The notes under the pieces were generated by a model, which made no database searches, was not told the DNA's origin, and worked only from the letters and a program-made list of their open reading frames with translations. A DNA stretch of 46,127 nt, taken from positions 163,679,235 to 163,725,361 of the forward strand of contig NC_068982.1 of the NCBI RefSeq assembly GCF_001194135.2, in the 5' to 3' direction. Origin of the DNA: Octopus bimaculoides (Eukaryota). The position numbers were made by a program, and so were the translations under genes. Of the stretch, positions 38,680 to 46,127 are shown piece by piece. The stretch's first letter is position 1; every line of letters begins with the position of its first letter.

Positions 38680-39330
38680 ATCGTCTCTCTTGCACACCAC
38701 ATCTGATGCCTCTTATGCCTAACTTTTCTCACAAGATGCTTACATTCTGTTGAACATGCACACTGATATTGCACATCCAGCGAAGCACACTGGTTTCATT
38801 TCTTTCAAGCCTACGCATGTCCTTGACTGTCACAGCCTATGTTTCACTGCCATATAGCAAAAATGTTCGCACACAAGCATCATACAATCTGCCTTTCATT
38901 CTGAGAGAGAGGTCCTTTGTTGGCAGTAGAGGTAGGAGCTCTCTGAACTTTGTCTAGCCTAATCTTGTTCTTACAGCTATGCTCTTGGATCATCCACCTC
39001 CACTACTAATTTGATCATCTAGATAATGGAAGCTGTCTACTACTTCTAGCTAGCCCCCCCCCCAAGCAGTTAATGGAGTCTATTTTCTGCACATTTTCAG
39101 TGTTTTCTGTACCTGTGCATCTTCCACATACAAAAGCTAGTTTCCTTGTTAACCTTCGTCTAATATTGCTGCACCTTTTATGTATCCAAAGCTTACAATG
39201 GGTGCCTCTTTTGGAGTTTCTACCTACGCCTTTTCGACAGATTGAGGAGAGCCATCTACCTGAAAAGATTTGTGATTTGTCTACCTTCCTACTTGGACAT
39301 TGAAATTCTTATTGTCCAGTTGTTGACAGC
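38680..39330 (-). mobile_element. RTE LINE RT C-terminal relic
   Basis: Minus strand reads KFRELLPLLPTKDLSLRMKGRLYDACVRTFLLYGSET*AVTVKDMRRLERNETSVLRWMCNISV...EKLGIRGIRCGVQERRL. Confidence 0.9.
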
Positions 39331-39825
39331 AAGTGTTTAAATAGATTACTTAGGGAGGGGGGTCACTGCACAAGCTTTCAAGTTGAGTCTTTTATCAGAA
39401 AGTGTTTGCAGATTGTGTTCACACTATTTTCAATCTTTCAAAAAAATATTTCTTGTTTCACAATGGACAATCCCAAATTCCCAAATTATTTACTGTTTGG
39501 ATGATTTGGTAAATGATGGAAATATTTGATATAAATATATTAAAATAGTAAAGTCATAAAGTGACTCTCTAGTCACATTTTTGTTGAAACATCATCTCAT
39601 ATTGTATAGAAATAACTGATTAAAAAAGACTATAACTCAGTTATACCGGGCTGAAGGATGATTTTAAGATAAATTAACATTATGCTAGTGCAAGTATTGT
39701 TCATGAATTGGCTTAAAATTGCGTTCCATCTTTACCTAATTGTCACAGAAATGCTAAGTAATTTTACATCATACTTCATGAATTACTTCATATGCCATGA
39801 AGAGCATCACATAATCAATTATTAC

Positions 39826-39951
39826 TTTCTATGGAATACTTTTGAACACCATCTGTAAGTTCACAAACAAATTCAATTGGTTCAACAAAACTATTGTTTG
39901 CTTTGAGTGTAACAGAGAATTTGTTTCCTACATATTTCCTGCTTAATAATT
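39826..39951 (-). CDS. Candidate 126-nt phase 1-1 coding exon (possible Ig-like half domain)
   Basis: Acceptor tctttttcacag|AA and donor GAAA|gtaata. Open frame (E)LLSRKYVGNKFSVTLKANNSFVEPIEFVCELTDGVQKYSIE, in non-repetitive sequence. No homology confirmed. Confidence 0.3.
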
Positions 39952-40282
39952 CTGTGAAAAAGATCTTATGCTTCAGGTAAGAAATTTTCATATGAAAGAA
40001 TAGCATCAACAAATTCAGACATTATGGATCCAGAGAAAATAAAGTACAGTGTTCCACCCTGTTCTGCCATTCAGATGACGGCAAAATGAACATGTGCTAT
40101 GCTTATCAAAAACGTTGTAAAGAAAGATGTCATCAACAATTTTAATGTAAATGCTCAAGAATTATGGCATTAAGAATTCCGTGTCAACATTTCAGATATA
40201 ATTCTTCTCGCCACATTTAACAAAATGATTTAGTGAATACATTAGAATTTCGATTTCCTTTATCATCAACTAAACCAACTGA

Positions 40283-40332
<50 letters not shown>

Positions 40333-40394
40333 ATTTTTATGTATGTATATGTATACTCACAAACATATGCATGTGTATGTGTGAAAGAGTTATA

Positions 40395-40560
40395 TACATG
40401 ACTGTGTGGTAAGATGCTTGCTTCCTAATCACATGGTTCCAAGTTCAGTTCCACTGTGCAGCACCTTGAGCAAGTGTCTTCTCCTATAGCCTCGGGCCAA
40501 CCAATGCCTTGTGATTGGATTTGGTAGATGGAAACTGAAAGAAGCGTGTCGCATATATGA

Positions 40561-40654
<94 letters not shown>

Positions 40655-40875
40655 ATGTGTGTGTGTGTGTGTGTGTCTTTGTGTTTGTCCTACTATCAAT
40701 GCTTGACAATTGGTGGTGTTGGTATGCTTACATCCCAGTAACTTAGTAGTTTCACAAAAAAGACCAGTAGAGTGAGTACCAGACTTAAATAAAGAAAAAC
40801 GTCCTGGGGTCAATTTGTTTGACTATAATCCTTCAAGGTGATGCTTCAGCATGGCCACAGTCAAATGACTGAAAC
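40395..40875 (+). mobile_element. Near full-length SINE with internal (TA)n(TG)n
   Basis: gactgtgtggtaagatgcttgc...gcaagtgtcttctcctatagcctcgggcc...ggaaactgaaagaagc...gactgaaacaag. Confidence 0.9.
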
Positions 40876-41137
40876 AAGTGGCCTAATGGTTAGAGTGCTG
40901 GGTTGACAATCAAATTTCTGGACAAGGGAGTGTGTTGTGTCCTTGAGCAAGGTACCTCATTTTATGTTGTTCCAGTCTTTTCAGCTGAAAATCGATTCCA
41001 ACAGACTGTTGGTGTAGCCTACTCTCCCTCTAGTTGCCACATCCTTCATATTCTAATTTTATTATGTCTGCTCGTGACTATGCAGGCTCCAAAAATAATT
41101 AGCAAAAGCATGGTCAAACTCACTATCAGCTACCATT

Positions 41138-41270
41138 TTCTTCTTCTTCTTCTTCTTCTTCTTCTTCTTCTTCTTCTTCTTCTTCTTCTTCTTCTTCTTC
41201 TTCTTCTTCTTCTTCTTCTTCTTCTTCTTCTCCTCCTCCTCCTCCTCCATCTCCTCCTCCTCCTCCTTCT
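41138..41270. repeat. (CTT)n followed by (CTC)n microsatellite
   Basis: About 30 CTT units; source of the poly-Leu and poly-Lys ORFs. Confidence 0.95.
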
Positions 41271-41974
41271 TTATTTTATATCTGTGTTCCATGCTAGCAT
41301 GGGTTGGACAGTTTGAAAGGGTCGGACATGTTCAAGGGTTTCATTGTGCCCCGTTATCTATTTTGGTATGGTATGGTATACTTAGATATACCTAATAGGA
41401 TAGGTTTGCTGGGCTATGTAACAACACATTTGCATAAAAACCATGAAATTCTGAGTTTCTCCAAGAAAGAATAGAAGAAAACTAACTCACACCCCCGAAA
41501 TTCAATTGATTAGTGATACAGTGGAAATATGTAAAACATTCCAAGGATTCTCTCTTTCAGCTCCCTGAAATGAACATATATACAATCTTATTTATACATG
41601 CACATAAGAAGTGTACTCAAGTGACATGCACACCCTTTACTGAAGAGCAAGTTCATTCATACATGCAACTACATCCATATGTACATGAACCCACTCACAT
41701 ATCAACAAATCCCAGGAAATGGTTACTCTTAAACCCTTTGCTAATAACTGGTTTGAATTCTGCGAAGAACTTGAATAAATGACAAACAAAAAAACACCTG
41801 CACCTGCCTTCACACCCCACTCCCATCTATCCATCCAACCATCAATCCATACACACACATGCACACACATGCACACACATGCACATGTATTTCATCATCT
41901 TCATTGTCATTATCATCATCATTTAGCCTCTGTCTTCTACATATGTATGGGTACACACACACGCATATATATAT

Positions 41975-42290
41975 ATATCATCATCATCCTCATCGTTTAA
42001 CATTCGCTTTCCATGCTAGCATGGGTTGGACGATTTGACTGAGGACTGGTGAACCAGATGGTTACACCAGGCTCCAATCTGATCTGGCAGAGTTTCTACA
42101 GCTGGATGCCCTTCCTAATGCCAACCACTCTGAGAGCGTAGTGGGTGCTTTTACGTGCCACTGGCAGAAAGGCCAGTCAGGTGGTACTGGCAATGGCCAC
42201 GCTCAAAATGGTGTATTTTACGTGCCACCTGCACAGGAGCCAGTCCAGCAGCATTGGCAACGATCTTGCTCTAATGTCTTTACACGTGTC
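41975..42290 (-). mobile_element. SINE 3' part with RTE-type tail
   Basis: catcatcatcctcatcgtttaacattcgctttccatgctagcatgggttgg...ctggatgcccttcctaatgccaaccactc. Confidence 0.85.
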
Positions 42291-42360
42291 ACATATATAC
42301 GTAATATATGGTATAATTATAAACAGGGCAAATTTTAACCATTTCTCTGCAGACTGGAAA

Positions 42361-42423
42361 AATGATGAACAACCTTAATTGATTTCCGAACCTTATTGGG
42401 TTCTCATCAGAGGTGTCCACATC
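42361..42423 (-). ncRNA. Type I hammerhead ribozyme motif with one core deviation
   Basis: Minus strand: GUGGAC-ACCU CUGAUGA GAACC-CAAUAA-GGUUC GGAAA UCAAUUA AGGU-U-GUUCAU. Stems I and II pair; GGAAA stands where GAAA is expected. Confidence 0.6.
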
Positions 42424-43296
42424 GTTTTGACAAGTTCCAGAGAAACAAGCAGCCATATGTGTGCTTGTATAAATAGATGTGTGATTGCAACTATTAAGTC
42501 TAGAGTTCCATGGAAGTTAATCATTGTCCAGTCTGCTTCAGTATAGAGCTTAAGCAACTATTATACTTGATTGTATTGCTAGTTATGATATACAGAACTA
42601 ATGTAGGAGAAAATACGATAAACTTGAGTTTATTGTAATTTCACACTTACACACACACACACACACACCACACACACACATGCATCCATGCACACACACG
42701 CACTCTTACACATTAATGCTTGTTTTTATATTGAGTTATAATAAAAACCAGTCTGTTGAAGGCTAAATGGGCTGAAACTTTGAAGTCACTGTCAACACTA
42801 TTCCTGTTAAAGAATAGGGCATATATATTTATTTATACATAAAAGAGTGACATCAGATTTTATATTGATAAGATCTGATATTATCCACAGAGCTGAAAAA
42901 TGACAGGTTTTGGCTATAATTACAATATTACATAATGTCAAAAAACAATATTTAGAACTTTACTCTGATATTTTCCATCAACTTCAATAATTGTTTTAGT
43001 CACGAGGTCAGTTTTTATAGAGGAGAACAATATTTATTTGATTTACTTTAGAAATATGACAGGCAAGCTTAACCCTGGTATGACCTGAACTCAGAACAGC
43101 TAAGGAGATGATTAAATACTTGAGCAAATAAGAAAGTTTCAACATGATTGCTTGACCTATAAGAAATAGTAGTAAAATCTCCCTGAAATTATACCTTCCT
43201 ATCTTCAACTTGGAATGACATATTGGATTATCTGGACTTAGATGATCTATGCCTGGAAATAAGATAGGAAAGTCATGATATAAGAAATACTATAGA

Positions 43297-43352
<56 letters not shown>

Positions 43353-43480
43353 TACTGTTCCACAATGATAAGATCAACTAAAAAAGTACTTCATCTGGTG
43401 AGAGATAAATATTATTTAATAAACACTATATATGTTTTTATGTGCTACAGTTAGTTTCATGCAATGAAAGCTGTCAGACA

Positions 43481-44474
43481 GTATTTTTTAATATGTCTGG
43501 TGTCCCAGCACAATCTTCAGGCACTGCCCACATGGCACAACAAGCTAAAAATAGGGTGAGAGGATGAGAGAATAAGTGAGGAAAGGTAAGAAAGAAGTAA
43601 ATATAAAAGGTGGGAGGTTGAAAAACTAGAAAACAAAAGAGAAAATAGAAAGAAGCAAAATGGGTGGGATTCGAGTTATTTCCCCTTTAGCCATAAAATA
43701 TAAAGCTGAAAAGATAGTGGCCTAGAGTCTGTGGTGCGGTTTTAATTTCGAAGAAGGTGGTACTTTCCAATTCATCAAATGGAACTTAGTCAGATGCTTA
43801 CAACTGCTGAAAATTTTGGATCTAGAATTCAGCAGTGTGTTAGAGTTCTTAGATCTGAAAGGGATTTGAGTTCTCTCAGCTACACGTAGCTTACATTTCC
43901 TTGATCTGTTAACATATGGTTATTTTCCACTTTATCATATGTGGTGTGTTGTTCAACTTCAAACCCAGTACATGGCTGGCTAACTTAGTAGCTTTACTTC
44001 TGTCCCTGCATTGGAAGGAAGACATGTGGTTAGTATAGCAATTTTTGATGTCATCTTCACATAGTCTGATATAGCTCTTCTTATTGGTTGTGTATTTTTT
44101 AAATATGTCTGGTGTCTCAGCACAATATTCAGGCACTGCCCACATGACACAACAAGCTAAAAATAGGGTGAGAGGATGAGAGAATAAAAAGCCACACCAC
44201 AGACTCTAGGCCACTATCTTTTCAGCTTTATATTTTATGGTTAAAGGGGAAATAACTCTAATCCCACCCATTTTACTTCTTTCTGTTTTCTTTTTTGCTT
44301 TCTGGTTTTTCAACCTCCCATTTTTTATATCTACTTCTTTCTTACCTTTCTTCACTTATTCTCTCATCCTTTCACTCTATTTTTAGCTTGTTGTGTCATG
44401 TGGGCAGTGCCTGAATATTGTGCTGAGACACCAGACATATTAAAAAAATACACAACCAATAAGAAGAGCTATAT
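43481..44474. repeat. Complex direct plus inverted triplication forming nested fold-backs
   Basis: 44069-44187 vs 44356-44474 are inverted (116/119 identical). 43481-43743 vs 44188-44451 are inverted (about 92%). The ORF track gives the same MWAVPEYCAETPDI peptide on both strands. Confidence 0.92.
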
Positions 44475-44782
44475 TGGCTGTAACCTCTGCCTCATATATA
44501 ATGGATTTAATCATACATCCCTGGTCAAGTGGACAAATTCCTGGGTCTTGACAGTTACAACTGGGAGTGGGCTCTTTGGTGTCTGATTCAGGTACTCAAC
44601 TATGTGTTTACTGTATCTTATAGCAGAAACAGCTGTAAGCTAATGAAGTTCATAACATAACCATTGTTTTTCCTGTGTCATCTCTTTTACTTATTACTGC
44701 TCTACACCCATCAAGCACTTTGTTCTAAACCATATGTATATTGAGTTCTACACTAGATTATTAGTCTCTCAATGCATAAGCG

Positions 44783-44843
<61 letters not shown>

Positions 44844-45130
44844 TGTGTGTGTGTGTGTGTTACTGTCTTCTTGCCTTGACATCACACGATGGCTGTAAGA
44901 CAGCATCACCACCATGTAGGTGATTTTTCATGCTAACATGTCTAGTCAAAGGGAAATATTACCTTACTTGGAAATGGGTTAGGGTTGGTGACAGGAAGGG
45001 CATCTAGCCATAGAAAATCTCCCTCAATAAATTCTGTCTAATTCATGAGAGCATTGGAAACATGGATGTTAACAGTGAAGATGGTGATGATGGCGATGAT
45101 GATGATGGTGATGATGTATGTTGTGTATGT

Positions 45131-45209
<79 letters not shown>

Positions 45210-45827
45210 AGTACAGTGGGCTAGATGAAAACAACAACAATAATAGGTAATATACTCTCATTCACCTCTCAAAAGATGGGATACTCACTGCTTGAATGCC
45301 TCTGATCAAAGGTCTATCCAAGTAGTGTTGACCTGGGGTTAAACAACAACAAAAAGAGCACCAATTAAAATTTCTGCCAGCTGGTTACTCTTTCAATAAT
45401 TCATTAGTTATAAAAGCATTTATAAAAGATCTTTCAGAATATTGAACTATTAATAAGAAAATAAATACATTATGATGATTTATTAGTGAATATTTAAGAT
45501 GAATATTTCAGATGGCGGATAAATATTTAAAATAAATTACATTGATATTCAGAAGACAGAGCTAAATTGAAAATATTCTTCAGGAGACAATGTATCTTGA
45601 AATAATTTACTGGAAATAAATGATCTGTGATCCTTCAGACTCTGATATTGGTTAGTCTGGCCAATTTAATAGTTCTAGAAAATGAGTGGTTAATGTGACA
45701 ATAATGAATATTCAGAATCTATTTTTATGATATGCAAACCATCAAGACTTTCTTAATTTCACTTAGATGTCTGTGGCATGGAAAGTGAAATAATATCCTA
45801 TTCTTTCCTTCCTTCACTCCCTCTCTA

Positions 45828-45829
<2 letters not shown>

Positions 45830-45884
<55 letters not shown>

Positions 45885-46068
45885 AGGTGATATGTATATA
45901 TATATATATATATACATATATATATACACATATATATGTGTGTGTGTATGTGTTTGTCTGTGTGTTTGTACATATGTATGTAGGTATGTATTTATGTATC
46001 AATTATGTACCAAATAAAATATATATATATACATACATGCATACACATATACATACATACATACATAC

Positions 46069-46127
<59 letters not shown>
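45830..46127. repeat. (AT)n/(GT)n/(ATAC)n microsatellite cluster
   Basis: Directly visible. Similar clusters at 6930-6990, 12770-12895, 24290-24440, 40560-40680, 43300-43350 and 44790-44860. Confidence 0.95.

Noticed and set aside
40903-41316. Poly-Leu and poly-Lys ORFs
   Set aside because: They come from a (CTT)n/(CTC)n microsatellite beside SINE fragments.
386-46017. Numerous ORFs rich in IYIY, HTHT, CVCV or X
   Set aside because: They are translations of (AT)n, (AC)n and (GT)n microsatellites and N gaps, open on both strands.
1-46127. CRISPR arrays, operons, rRNA or telomeric arrays
   Set aside because: No regularly spaced repeats with unique spacers, no prokaryotic gene organisation, no rRNA similarity and no (TTAGGG)n run.

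Overview
AT-rich animal DNA made almost entirely of decayed transposons and microsatellites, with five assembly gaps. The SINE families, RTE-LINE tails and (AT)n/(AC)n/(GAT)n density look like an octopus genome (inference from recognised repeat sequence, not a database match). No intact protein-coding gene, true tRNA/rRNA or CRISPR array is supported; almost all supplied ORFs are translated microsatellites, N-gaps or TE relics. Recognisable relics: Tc1/mariner (maT-like), Tigger/pogo, two Penelope-like GIY-YIG ends, R4/Dong-like non-LTR pieces, three RTE LINE fragments and about 20 SINE copies. The most notable signals lie at 37.7-44.5 kb: two ~97%-identical fold-back inversions with template-switch geometry, a near-canonical type I hammerhead ribozyme motif on the minus strand, and a symmetric minus-strand candidate exon. 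Candidate host exons are low confidence, and TE boundaries are approximate.
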